A DNA stretch of 32,238 nucleotides, from assembly GCA_041169205.1 (NCBI GenBank), contig JBEEJM010000063.1, positions 1 to 32,238 on the forward strand, written 5' to 3'. The position numbers were made by a program, and so were the translations under genes. Positions 9,642 to 18,861 of this stretch are shown in pieces; within the stretch, counting starts at the first letter, position 1; every line of letters starts with the position of its first letter. Under the pieces are notes generated by a model. The model saw nothing but the letters and a program-made list of their open reading frames with translations, was not told the DNA's origin and did not search any database. The stretch is from Pseudomonadota bacterium. GTDB taxonomy: Bacteria; Pseudomonadota; Gammaproteobacteria; Burkholderiales; Burkholderiaceae_C.

Positions 9642-10040
9642 GTGACTAGCAACGTATCGACATTCAAAGTGCTTGTGGTGGATGACAGCAACACCATTCG
9701 CCGCAGCGCTGAGATTTTTCTCAAGCAGGGCAACCACGAAGTGCTGTTGGCCGAGGACGGCTTTGATGCCCTGGCCAAGGTCAACGACTACCAGCCCGAC
9801 CTCATTTTCTGCGATATTTTGATGCCCCGGCTGGATGGCTATCAGACCTGCGCCATCATCAAGCGCAACGCCAAGTTTGCCAACGTCCCGGTCATCATGT
9901 TGTCCTCCAAAGATGGCGTGTTCGACAAAGCCCGCGGCCGCATGGTTGGCGCGCAGGACTACCTCACCAAACCCTTTACCAAAGAGCAACTGCTGCAGGC
10001 AGTGCAGCAGTTCGGCACAGTACTACAAGGAGCTATTTGA
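9642..10040 (+). CDS. pilG: Twitching motility response regulator PilG
   Basis: VVDDSNTIRRSAE, FCDILMPRLDGYQTC, LSSKDGVFDKARGR; SD GAGGAG precedes GTG 9642. Confidence 0.93.
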   Translation: MTSNVSTFKVLVVDDSNTIRRSAEIFLKQGNHEVLLAEDGFDALAKVNDYQPDLIFCDILMPRLDGYQTCAIIKRNAKFANVPVIMLSSKDGVFDKARGRMVGAQDYLTKPFTKEQLLQAVQQFGTVLQGAI

Positions 10041-10405
10041 TGGCAATCAACAAGGTGCTCATCGTTGACGATTCCAAGACGGAGCAGATGTTTCTGACTG
10101 AATTGTTGCAACGCAATGGGTTCACTGTGCAATCGGCGGACAACGCCGATGAGGCTTTTAAGCGCCTTGCGGAAGACAAGCCCGACCTGATTCTTATGGA
10201 CGTGGTGATGCCTGGACAAAATGGTTTCCAGCTGACGCGCGCCATTAACCGCACCCCTGAGTACTCCGGCGTTCCCATTTTTATTTGCACCAGCAAGAGC
10301 TTGGAAACGGACCGCGTCTGGGGCATGCGCCAAGGGGCGCGTGAATACATCACCAAACCGGTCAATGCGACCGAGTTGTTGGCAAAGATCAAGGCGTTGG
10401 GCTGA
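10040..10405 (+). CDS. pilH: Twitching motility response regulator PilH
   Basis: VDDSKTE, LMDVVMPGQNGFQLTR, TDRVWGMRQGA; TGATG overlap with pilG. Confidence 0.93.
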   Translation: MAINKVLIVDDSKTEQMFLTELLQRNGFTVQSADNADEAFKRLAEDKPDLILMDVVMPGQNGFQLTRAINRTPEYSGVPIFICTSKSLETDRVWGMRQGAREYITKPVNATELLAKIKALG

Positions 10406-10414
10406 TACCGAACG

Positions 10415-10945
10415 ATGGCCAACCGCGAAGCACTCCGAGAACTCCAGGCCCGACTGGCCGCCCGATTGCAAGCCGCGCGTGTCGAGGGCGTTTCCGTCGC
10501 CTGGCTGGCCGTCAAGGCGGGCGGGCATAGTTACCTGCTGCCATTGGCCCAGTCGGGCGAAATTTTCCCACTGGCTAATTTGCAGCCCGTGCCCTACACC
10601 CTGGACTGGTTTTTGGGGGTATTGAACATCCGGGGCGGTCTGAATGGCGTGGTGGGTCTGGCGGCGTTTGTGGCCACAACTGGCGGCCCCGCGCGCTTGC
10701 ATTCGGCCACCGCTGACATGAGCGTCGTAACACTGAACCCCCAGCTTGAGGTCAATTGCGCGCTGCAGATTGATAGTCTGGCGGGTTTGCGAGGGCCAGA
10801 CGCTTTTTCTGCGTCGTCACCCGCACCCGCAGGTTCTCCCGCTTATTTTGGCAACTGTTTTGTTGGCACCGATGGTGTGGCATGGCAGGAGATCAATCTG
10901 CGCACCCTGTCCCAAACCCCCGAATTTTTGAGTATTAGCGCTTAG
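10415..10945 (+). CDS. pilI: CheW-like adaptor PilI
   Basis: WLAV..GG...LLPL...GEI, VPYTLDWFLGVLNIRG CheW motif; lies between pilH and pilJ. Confidence 0.88.
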   Translation: MANREALRELQARLAARLQAARVEGVSVAWLAVKAGGHSYLLPLAQSGEIFPLANLQPVPYTLDWFLGVLNIRGGLNGVVGLAAFVATTGGPARLHSATADMSVVTLNPQLEVNCALQIDSLAGLRGPDAFSASSPAPAGSPAYFGNCFVGTDGVAWQEINLRTLSQTPEFLSISA

Positions 10946-10965
10946 TCCATTTTGAAGGCCGCACC

Positions 10966-13251
10966 ATGTCTGTTGTCGATCAGTTAAAAAACATGTTTTC
11001 CAAGAAGCCGGTGGAGTCCGAGCTGGATACCCGTTTGAGTTTGGGTACGCCCGATGACGCAGCCGGTGCAGGGAGTGGCGAGACGGTACAGCACCGGCGG
11101 GATATGGGGCCCGTCGATGGGCCGTTGTCCGCGCCGGTCCCCGTGGCGGAAGAACCTGTCGTGGAAGTGCCGGAAGACCTCGGCGACAACATCCGCGTGC
11201 CGGGCTTGGGCGTGCGTTCGGTGGCGCAGCACCAGCGCCTGCTGTTCATCTTGTTGGGCGTTGCCTTGCTGATGCTGGCGCTGGGGATTTTTTATGCCTT
11301 GGGGCAGTCCGACAAAGTAGCCCAGCAGCTTGGCGCTACCGGGCAATCGTTGATGCAGTCGCAACGGCTTGCCAAATCGGTGACCCAGGCGTTGGTGGGC
11401 AGTGCCCAGTCGTTCCCTGACGTGATGGAGAGCGCCGACGTGTTGGCAAAGACCACCCGTGGCCTGATGGACGGGGATGATGCCCTGCGGATCGTGGCCT
11501 TGGACAATGGCTACCAGCCCGAGCTGGAAAAAGTGATACCGCTGGTGGAGCGTGCGGAGAAAAACGCCAAAACGGTCATGGGGCAGCAAAAAATCCTGAT
11601 GCAGATTGGTTCTTCACTGCGCGTGATCAACCGGCAGTCTTCCGATTTGCTGGAAATTGCAGAAACGGTGTCCTCCCTGAAGCTGCAACAAAACGCACCT
11701 TCCGTAGAAATTTCGGCAGTGGGTCAACTGGTGATGTTGACCCAGCGCATTGGCAAGTCGTCGAACGAGTTTTTGACATCCGAGGGTGTGAGCCCAGAAG
11801 CGGTGTTTTTGCTGGGTAAAGATCTCAATACTTTTAAAGACATTGCGCAGGGCCTGCTCAATGGCAACACTGAGCTGCACCTGTCCGCCACCCGCGATGC
11901 CGCGACACGCGAGCAGCTAGAGGCGCTGATCAAGCTCTATGACCTGACGCGGATTCAGGCAGGGGCCATTTTGGGTAATTTGCAGGGACTGGTGGCAGCG
12001 CGCGAGGCGCAAACCTCCATCATTGCGGATAGCGAACCACTGCGGCGTGACCTCGAGGCTGTGCAGACCAAGCTGGCGGAACAAACCGGCATTGGCGGCG
12101 GCTCCATGGTGTTGCTGGCGACGGCTGCCGTGTTTGCGCTGCTGTGCGCGGGCGGGCTGTCGTATGTGCAGCTTAAAGACGTGAGCAAACGCCAGGTGGC
12201 CGCGGAAGACCAGCGTCTGGAGGCCGAACGCCAGGAGCAAGAAGCCAAGCGCGTCAATGATGCCAATCAGGCCGCCATTTTGCGGCTGATGAATGAGTTG
12301 CAGACGGTCGCTGAAGGTGACCTGACGCAGGAAGCCACGGTGACCGAAGACATTACCGGTGCCATCGCCGACTCGGTGAACTACACGGTAGAAGAACTGC
12401 GGTCCCTGGTGTCCAACGTGCAGAGCACGGCGGCACGTGTGGCGCAAACCACGTCCGAAGTGGATGCGACCTCCACAGAGCTGCTCGCCGCTTCCAACGA
12501 GCAGCTGCATGAAATTCGCCAGACCGGTCAGTCGGTGGTGGAAATGGCCGGGCGTATTAACGAAGTGTCCGTGCAGGCGCAGGAGTCGGCCCGCGTTGCG
12601 CGCCAGTCGTTGCAGGCGGCCGAATCCGGACTGTCTGCGGTGCAAAACGCGATTGGCGGTATGAATGCCATTCGTGACCAGATTCAAGAAACCTCCAAGC
12701 GCATCAAGCGCCTGGGCGAGTCGTCGCAAGAGATTGGTGAAATCACCGAGCTGATTTCGGACATTACCGAGCAGACCAACGTGCTGGCGCTCAACGCGGC
12801 TATTCAAGCGGCATCGGCTGGCGAAGCCGGGCGAGGCTTCTCGGTGGTGGCCGAAGAAGTGCAGCGGTTGGCAGAACGCTCCGCAGATGCCACGCGACAG
12901 ATTTCTGCGCTGGTGAAAGCTATTCAGACCGATACCCAGGACGCCATAGGCGCGATGGAGCGCTCTACCCAGGGGGTGGTGGAGGGGGCCAAGCTGTCGG
13001 ACAACGCCGGAACGGCACTGACCGAAATTGACCGCGTGTCGCGCCGAGTGGCCGACCTGATTGAACAAATTTCAAATGCCGCTTCGCGTGAGGCCGGTTT
13101 GGCCAATGTGGTGGCGGACAACATCCAGCACATTTTTGCAGTGACCGAACAGACTGGCGAAGGCACGCGCGTCACGGCGGGGCAGGTGCGTGAGCTCTCC
13201 CGCATGGCAGAAGAGTTGCGCCAATCGGTGTCACGTTTCAAGATCGCTTGA
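10966..13251 (+). CDS. pilJ: Methyl-accepting chemotaxis protein PilJ
   Basis: Two TM helices, tandem PilJ-type periplasmic repeats (MQSQRLAK; MLTQRIGK), HAMP (AEGDLT), MCP signalling domain (ITEQTNVLALNAAIQAASAGEAGRGFSVVAEEV). Confidence 0.93.
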   Translation: MSVVDQLKNMFSKKPVESELDTRLSLGTPDDAAGAGSGETVQHRRDMGPVDGPLSAPVPVAEEPVVEVPEDLGDNIRVPGLGVRSVAQHQRLLFILLGVALLMLALGIFYALGQSDKVAQQLGATGQSLMQSQRLAKSVTQALVGSAQSFPDVMESADVLAKTTRGLMDGDDALRIVALDNGYQPELEKVIPLVERAEKNAKTVMGQQKILMQIGSSLRVINRQSSDLLEIAETVSSLKLQQNAPSVEISAVGQLVMLTQRIGKSSNEFLTSEGVSPEAVFLLGKDLNTFKDIAQGLLNGNTELHLSATRDAATREQLEALIKLYDLTRIQAGAILGNLQGLVAAREAQTSIIADSEPLRRDLEAVQTKLAEQTGIGGGSMVLLATAAVFALLCAGGLSYVQLKDVSKRQVAAEDQRLEAERQEQEAKRVNDANQAAILRLMNELQTVAEGDLTQEATVTEDITGAIADSVNYTVEELRSLVSNVQSTAARVAQTTSEVDATSTELLAASNEQLHEIRQTGQSVVEMAGRINEVSVQAQESARVARQSLQAAESGLSAVQNAIGGMNAIRDQIQETSKRIKRLGESSQEIGEITELISDITEQTNVLALNAAIQAASAGEAGRGFSVVAEEVQRLAERSADATRQISALVKAIQTDTQDAIGAMERSTQGVVEGAKLSDNAGTALTEIDRVSRRVADLIEQISNAASREAGLANVVADNIQHIFAVTEQTGEGTRVTAGQVRELSRMAEELRQSVSRFKIA

Positions 13252-13278
13252 CCCCACGTCACCGGAGTGCCCGAACCC

Positions 13279-16200
13279 ATGTCATCGAATCCTGCTGCTG
13301 TCGCGGAGATTGATCCGGCCCTCAATGACCTGGGCCCCTTGGCATGGGTGCTGGAGGAACTGCGTAAATCATTGGATGGCGCGACCAAAGCCATGCGCCG
13401 TTTCGTGCGGGATGCCGAACTCGCGCGCGGCTCGGATCTGACCGACCTCGATGCCAGCCACTTGCGCATTGCCCGCCAGCAGCTGCACCAGGCGGTGGGC
13501 GCGCTGGAAATGGTGGGTATGGTGGTTCCGGCCAAAGTGCTGCGCGGTATGGAAGCGCTGGCACAACGGTTTGTGCAGCGTCCCGAGCTGTGCAGCGATG
13601 ATGCCGCCGCGCGCCTGGAGCGCGCCAGTTTTGCGCTGACCGAATATCTGGAGGGTGTGCTCAAGGGTAAAGACGCCTCACCCGTAGCGTTGTTTCCGCA
13701 GTACCGCGCCGTCATGGAGTTGGCCAGTGCAGACCGGATTCACCCGGCAGATCTGTGGTCCACGCAATGGCGTTGGAATAGCGTTGCGCCGGACAGTGAA
13801 GTTGCTCCGCGCAGCTACGAGCCTGAACTGCGTTCGCGTCTGGACCAGGCGGTGCTCAAGTTTGTAAAAACGGGCGATGCCGAATCCGCGTTGCGCATGT
13901 CGAGGTGGAGCCTTGGCTTGGCGGCGGGGCAAACGGAGACGGAGCCGCGCACTTTTTGGTGCATCGTTGCGGGCTTCTTTGAAGCCGCTGGTTTGGGGCT
14001 TTTGCCCAAGGATGTGTACACCAAGCGCACCGCTTCCCGAATTTTGCAGCAGTATGCGTCGCTGGCAAAAGGCATCACCGATGTGTCTGACGGGTTGGCG
14101 CAAGACCTGGTGTTTTTCTGCTCCATTGCGGTACCACCGGAAGGGCAAGCAGCGCCAGCGCTGACTGCCGTGCGCAAGGCCTATGGCCTGGTCAACACAC
14201 GGCCGATCGACTATGAGACCGAACAGTTTGGCCGATTTGACCCGGCGTTACTGGTGCTTGCACGTAAACGCATTGCTGCGGCCGCTGAGACGTGGTCGGC
14301 ACTGGCCGGTGGCGATACCCATCGACTGAAAATGGCCGCCGAGCAATTTGGCGCAGTGGCCGATTCGATGGTGAAGCTGCACCCCGAGAGTGCGCCACTG
14401 GCACGGGCCCTGCAAGGTGCCATTGACGTGACTGTGCGTTCCGGTGCTGCTCCCTCACCCGGCGTTGCCATGGAAGTGGCGACCACCGTGCTGTATCTGG
14501 AAGCTGCCTACGAAGACCTTGACCCGACCGACAGCCACATGGTCGAGCGTGGAGTGCGGTTGGCGCAGCGTCTGCAAAATGTAAGTGATGGCGGTGAGTC
14601 CGAGTCCATGGAAACATGGATGGAGGAGCTTTATCGCCGCGTGAGCGACCGCCAGACCATGGGCAGCGTGGTGGACGAGTTGCGCTCCAACCTCAGTGAG
14701 GTGGAGTCTTCCCTGGACCAGTTTTTTCGCAACCCGGCGGATAAAGCCCCCTTGCGTGAAGTGCCCAGTCAGCTGTCGCAAATGCGTGGCGTGTTTTCTG
14801 TGTTGGGGTTGGATCAGCCTTCATTGGCGGCATTGCGCATGCGTGCAAGTGTCGAGAAATTTTTAGTCGATGATGTGGACGCCGATGCGGCACGCACTGG
14901 TATTTTTGAAAAACTGGGCAACAGTCTGGGGGCCTTGGGCTTTCTGATCGACATGCTGAGCTACCAGCGCGCGCTGGCAAAAAAACTGTTTGTGTATGAC
15001 GAGGAGCTGGGCGAGTTCCGTCCATTGATGGGCCGCGAACGTTCGGTGGCACCCCCGGTGTCGATCCCGGCTCCATTGACTGCGACGCCACCTCAAACGC
15101 CTGCACCGGCCCTGATGCAGCACGCTGTTGCCCGAGCGCCCGAGCAAGACGATGAAGACGATGCCGAGCTGCTGGAGATTTTTCTGGACGAGGCACGCGA
15201 GGTTGCGCATAACGGCTTAGAAGCCGTGCGCGCGTTGGCGCAAGACCCCGCGAACTTAGCCGACCAAACCACGTTGCGCCGCGCTTTTCATACGCTGAAG
15301 GGCAGCTCACGCATGGTGGGTCTCAACGAATTTGGTGAGGCCGCGTGGGCCTACGAGCAGTTGCTCAATGCCTGGTTGGCGGAGCAGCGACCTGCAAGTG
15401 ACGACCTGATCTCACAGTCGGGTGCTGCTATGGCAGCCTTGGGACACTGGGTTGAAGATATTGCCGCGCATCAAGACGCCGGTTGGAGTGCGCAGGATTT
15501 CCGCAATGCGTCCGATGCCCTGCGCTTGCACGGCACCGTAGTACCACTGCGTACACCCGGCCAGGTGGAAGAAAGTGTCGATGCCGACGAATCGGTAGAT
15601 CAGCCAGACTTTGTGTCGACGCAAATGTTCGAGATGCCGGAAATTTCCGAAGCGCCCGATACGCTCGATACGCCGGTGCATGATGCCCCGCTCGATTCAA
15701 GGCCTTCGTTTGAATCTACACAACTGGTCGACAGCCTGTTTGCAGAGCAAGACAGTGTGCGGCCCGACTTTCAGAACACCCAAACCTTTGACTTTGAGTC
15801 GACCCAGGCTTTTGATTCCAGCAAGGAAGGGGGGGCGCCTGCACCTGTGCAAGACCCGCTGGCGGATTTGGATCTGGGCGACTTCGACTTTGGCATACCC
15901 GCATTGGTGCCCGAGCAAACTGAAGCACTGATTTCGTCTTTCCCGGAATTGATTGCCTACACGCCTGTGGCCCCCGAATCGGAGCCAGAAGTACACGAAG
16001 AGCAGGTCAAGGTCATTGGTGCATTGCGTCTGAGCATTCCCCTGTACAACGTTTACCTGAATGAGGCCGACGAATGGTCGCGCCGTTTGCAGACGGAGTT
16101 GAGTGAATGGGCACTGGAATTGCACCGTCCTTTGCCAGATGCTGCGGTCGCGCTTGCGCACTCCCTGGCGGGTAGTTCCGCCACCGTGGGTTTCACTGCG

Positions 16201-18861
16201 TTGTCGGAGATGGCGCGTGCGCTAGAGCATGCACTGGAGCATGTGCATCTGCATGGTCAGGGCGAGGCCGGACACGCATTGGTGTTCAACAATGCCGCAG
16301 AAGATATTCGCCGTCTCTTGCACCAGTTTGCTGCCGGTTTCCTCAAAGAACCCGATGCTGCGGTGATGGAAGCCCTGCAGTCGATCATCGAAATTGAATT
16401 TATCGCGCCGCAGCTGGAGCGGGATTCTGAGCCGGGCAAAGAAGTCAGTGAATCGCGCTTCATGGAAGATGCCGAGACGCTCACACCAACTGACCTCTCG
16501 GGCTTCGATCTGTCGCAGTTTGAAACCGAAGCAGTTGCGCCAACGGTGACACCAACGATTGTGGTACCCCTGGCAGCAGCGCCGCTGAATGTGGTGAGTG
16601 CGTACGAAGATATTGAAGCGGTAGACCGGCTTGATCCGGATCTGCTGGCCATTTTTGAAGAAGAAGCCCATGAGTTGCTTCCCGCATTGGGTACGGCGCT
16701 GCGCCAATGGGTCGCGCGCCCCGACAACCTGAGTGCGCGCGGTGAGGTTTTGCGTGTGTTGCACACGCTCAAAGGCAGTGCCCGGCTTGCTGGCGCGATG
16801 CGTTTGGGTGAGATGGCGCATCGCATGGAATCCAGCATCGAACACATTGGTTCGGAGAACTTACAGGCCGTTCAGCTTGAGCCTTTGCTGGGCCGATTTG
16901 ATGCCTTGCAAGCCAACTTTGATGCGTTAAGCCACGCGGCACCGCTGACGCCTGCGGCTGAGCCGAAAACCATCGCAGCCCCAATACGCGATGTACGCAC
17001 GCATGCGCGGCCCAACAGCGGTCAGTTGGTGCGCGTGAAGTCGCAATTGCTAGACCGCCTGGTTAACCAGGCTGGCGAGGTGATGATCAGTCGCTCGCGC
17101 ATGGAGTCGCGGCTGGTGCAGCTGCGTACGTCGCTCTCGGAGTTGGATGGCAATCTGAATCGCCTGCGCCAGCAGTTGCGCGACGTTGAGTTGCAGGCCG
17201 AGACGCAAATGCAGTCTCGCCTTGCACAGACCAAAGATGCCGCCAAGGGATTTGATCCGCTGGAATTCGACCGTTTCACCCGCGTGCAGGAACTGACCCG
17301 CATGATGGCCGAATCGGTCAATGACGTGGCTACCGTGCAGCGTAGTCTGCAACATACGCTACAAGGCACCGAGGATGATCTGGTTGCCCAGGGACGACAG
17401 GCGCGCGAGTTGCAACGTGATTTGTTGCGCACCCGCATGGTTGAGTTTGATAGCGTGTCCGACCGCCTGTACGGCGTGGTACGGCAGGCGGCCAAAGAAT
17501 CCGGAAAACAAGTCAAGCTGGACGTCGTGGGGGGTGCTATCGAGATGGACCGGGGTGTCCTGGACCGCATGACCCCTGCGTTCGAACACATGCTGCGCAA
17601 TGCGGTGGCGCACGGCATTGAAGATGCCGCGGTGCGGACCAAGGCGGGTAAACCGGCCATTGGCACCATCACCATCTCGTTGCACCAGGAAAGCAATGAC
17701 GTGTCCGTTGCTTTTCAGGATGACGGCGGTGGGTTGCACCTTGACAAGATTCGCGCCAAAGCGGTGGCCAATGGGTTGATCGCCGCCGATGCGGAGTTGA
17801 CGTCTGCGGATGCGACCAATCTGCTCTTTACGCCGGGTTTTTCCACGGCAGACCAAGTCACCGAAATGGCGGGTCGCGGCATTGGCATGGATGTGGTGCG
17901 CACCGATGTGAATGCCTTGGGCGGACGCATAGAAACCGCCACAGAGCCGGGCCAGGGCAGTACCTTCAAGCTGGTGCTGCCTTTGACGACGGCTGTCACG
18001 CAGGTGGTGATGCTGCGCATGGGCGATTTCACCATTGGGGTGCCGGCGAACTTGATGGAAACGGTGTTGCGCATTCCTTCCGCCGACTTGGATCAAGCGT
18101 ATGCCGACGATGCTTACACCATGGCAGGCCATGCCATGCCCTTCTTTTGGGCCGGTGCGCTGCTGCAGATTTCCGCACGCAGCCACGAACCAGCTTCCAA
18201 AAATTCGCATGTCGCAGTGTTCCGCAGTGCTGGCCAACGCTTGGCCATGCATGTGGATGAGGTCTTGGGTAACCGCGAAGTCGTGGTGAAAAACCTGGGC
18301 CCCCAGTTGGCACGCTTGCCCGGATTGGCCGGCATGTCCGTGCTGGCTTCGGGTGCGGTGGTGCTGATCTATAACCCGGTCGCTTTGGCGACGGTGTATG
18401 GCGATCAGGCGCGCAAGGTGCGCCGTGCTGCCGCGTCTGGTGAGGTGGTCAGCATCGCCAATATTACGGCTGAGGCAGATCTGTTGCCGCTGGTACTGGT
18501 GGTGGACGACTCCATCACGGTGCGACGGGTAACCCAGCGCCTGCTCAAGCGGGAAGGTTACCGCGTGGTCTTGGCCAACGACGGCCTGCACGCACTTGAA
18601 AAGCTGCAGGAAGAAAAACCTGCGGTGGTGCTCTCCGATATCGAGATGCCGCGCATGGACGGTTTTGACTTGGTGCGAAACATCCGTGCTGACGACAAGC
18701 TGCGGGATTTGCCCATCATCATGATCACCTCGCGTATTGCCGAGAAGCACCGGGAGCACGCCAAAGAACTCGGCGTAGACCACTACCTGGGCAAGCCTTA
18801 CGCAGAAGACCAGTTGCTGGAGTTGGTGCGCGGCTATTGCGCCGTGCCCGCAGCGTCCTGA
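13279..18861 (+). CDS. chpA: CheA-like hybrid histidine kinase ChpA (PilL)
   Basis: FimL-like N-terminus, HPt motifs (FHTLKG, AHSLAG, LHTLKG), HATPase (EHMLRNAVAHGIE, DDGGG, GRGIGMDVV), CheW and C-terminal receiver (SDIEMP); start is ATG 13279 or GTG 13267. Confidence 0.93.
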   Translation: MSSNPAAVAEIDPALNDLGPLAWVLEELRKSLDGATKAMRRFVRDAELARGSDLTDLDASHLRIARQQLHQAVGALEMVGMVVPAKVLRGMEALAQRFVQRPELCSDDAAARLERASFALTEYLEGVLKGKDASPVALFPQYRAVMELASADRIHPADLWSTQWRWNSVAPDSEVAPRSYEPELRSRLDQAVLKFVKTGDAESALRMSRWSLGLAAGQTETEPRTFWCIVAGFFEAAGLGLLPKDVYTKRTASRILQQYASLAKGITDVSDGLAQDLVFFCSIAVPPEGQAAPALTAVRKAYGLVNTRPIDYETEQFGRFDPALLVLARKRIAAAAETWSALAGGDTHRLKMAAEQFGAVADSMVKLHPESAPLARALQGAIDVTVRSGAAPSPGVAMEVATTVLYLEAAYEDLDPTDSHMVERGVRLAQRLQNVSDGGESESMETWMEELYRRVSDRQTMGSVVDELRSNLSEVESSLDQFFRNPADKAPLREVPSQLSQMRGVFSVLGLDQPSLAALRMRASVEKFLVDDVDADAARTGIFEKLGNSLGALGFLIDMLSYQRALAKKLFVYDEELGEFRPLMGRERSVAPPVSIPAPLTATPPQTPAPALMQHAVARAPEQDDEDDAELLEIFLDEAREVAHNGLEAVRALAQDPANLADQTTLRRAFHTLKGSSRMVGLNEFGEAAWAYEQLLNAWLAEQRPASDDLISQSGAAMAALGHWVEDIAAHQDAGWSAQDFRNASDALRLHGTVVPLRTPGQVEESVDADESVDQPDFVSTQMFEMPEISEAPDTLDTPVHDAPLDSRPSFESTQLVDSLFAEQDSVRPDFQNTQTFDFESTQAFDSSKEGGAPAPVQDPLADLDLGDFDFGIPALVPEQTEALISSFPELIAYTPVAPESEPEVHEEQVKVIGALRLSIPLYNVYLNEADEWSRRLQTELSEWALELHRPLPDAAVALAHSLAGSSATVGFTALSEMARALEHALEHVHLHGQGEAGHALVFNNAAEDIRRLLHQFAAGFLKEPDAAVMEALQSIIEIEFIAPQLERDSEPGKEVSESRFMEDAETLTPTDLSGFDLSQFETEAVAPTVTPTIVVPLAAAPLNVVSAYEDIEAVDRLDPDLLAIFEEEAHELLPALGTALRQWVARPDNLSARGEVLRVLHTLKGSARLAGAMRLGEMAHRMESSIEHIGSENLQAVQLEPLLGRFDALQANFDALSHAAPLTPAAEPKTIAAPIRDVRTHARPNSGQLVRVKSQLLDRLVNQAGEVMISRSRMESRLVQLRTSLSELDGNLNRLRQQLRDVELQAETQMQSRLAQTKDAAKGFDPLEFDRFTRVQELTRMMAESVNDVATVQRSLQHTLQGTEDDLVAQGRQARELQRDLLRTRMVEFDSVSDRLYGVVRQAAKESGKQVKLDVVGGAIEMDRGVLDRMTPAFEHMLRNAVAHGIEDAAVRTKAGKPAIGTITISLHQESNDVSVAFQDDGGGLHLDKIRAKAVANGLIAADAELTSADATNLLFTPGFSTADQVTEMAGRGIGMDVVRTDVNALGGRIETATEPGQGSTFKLVLPLTTAVTQVVMLRMGDFTIGVPANLMETVLRIPSADLDQAYADDAYTMAGHAMPFFWAGALLQISARSHEPASKNSHVAVFRSAGQRLAMHVDEVLGNREVVVKNLGPQLARLPGLAGMSVLASGAVVLIYNPVALATVYGDQARKVRRAAASGEVVSIANITAEADLLPLVLVVDDSITVRRVTQRLLKREGYRVVLANDGLHALEKLQEEKPAVVLSDIEMPRMDGFDLVRNIRADDKLRDLPIIMITSRIAEKHREHAKELGVDHYLGKPYAEDQLLELVRGYCAVPAAS

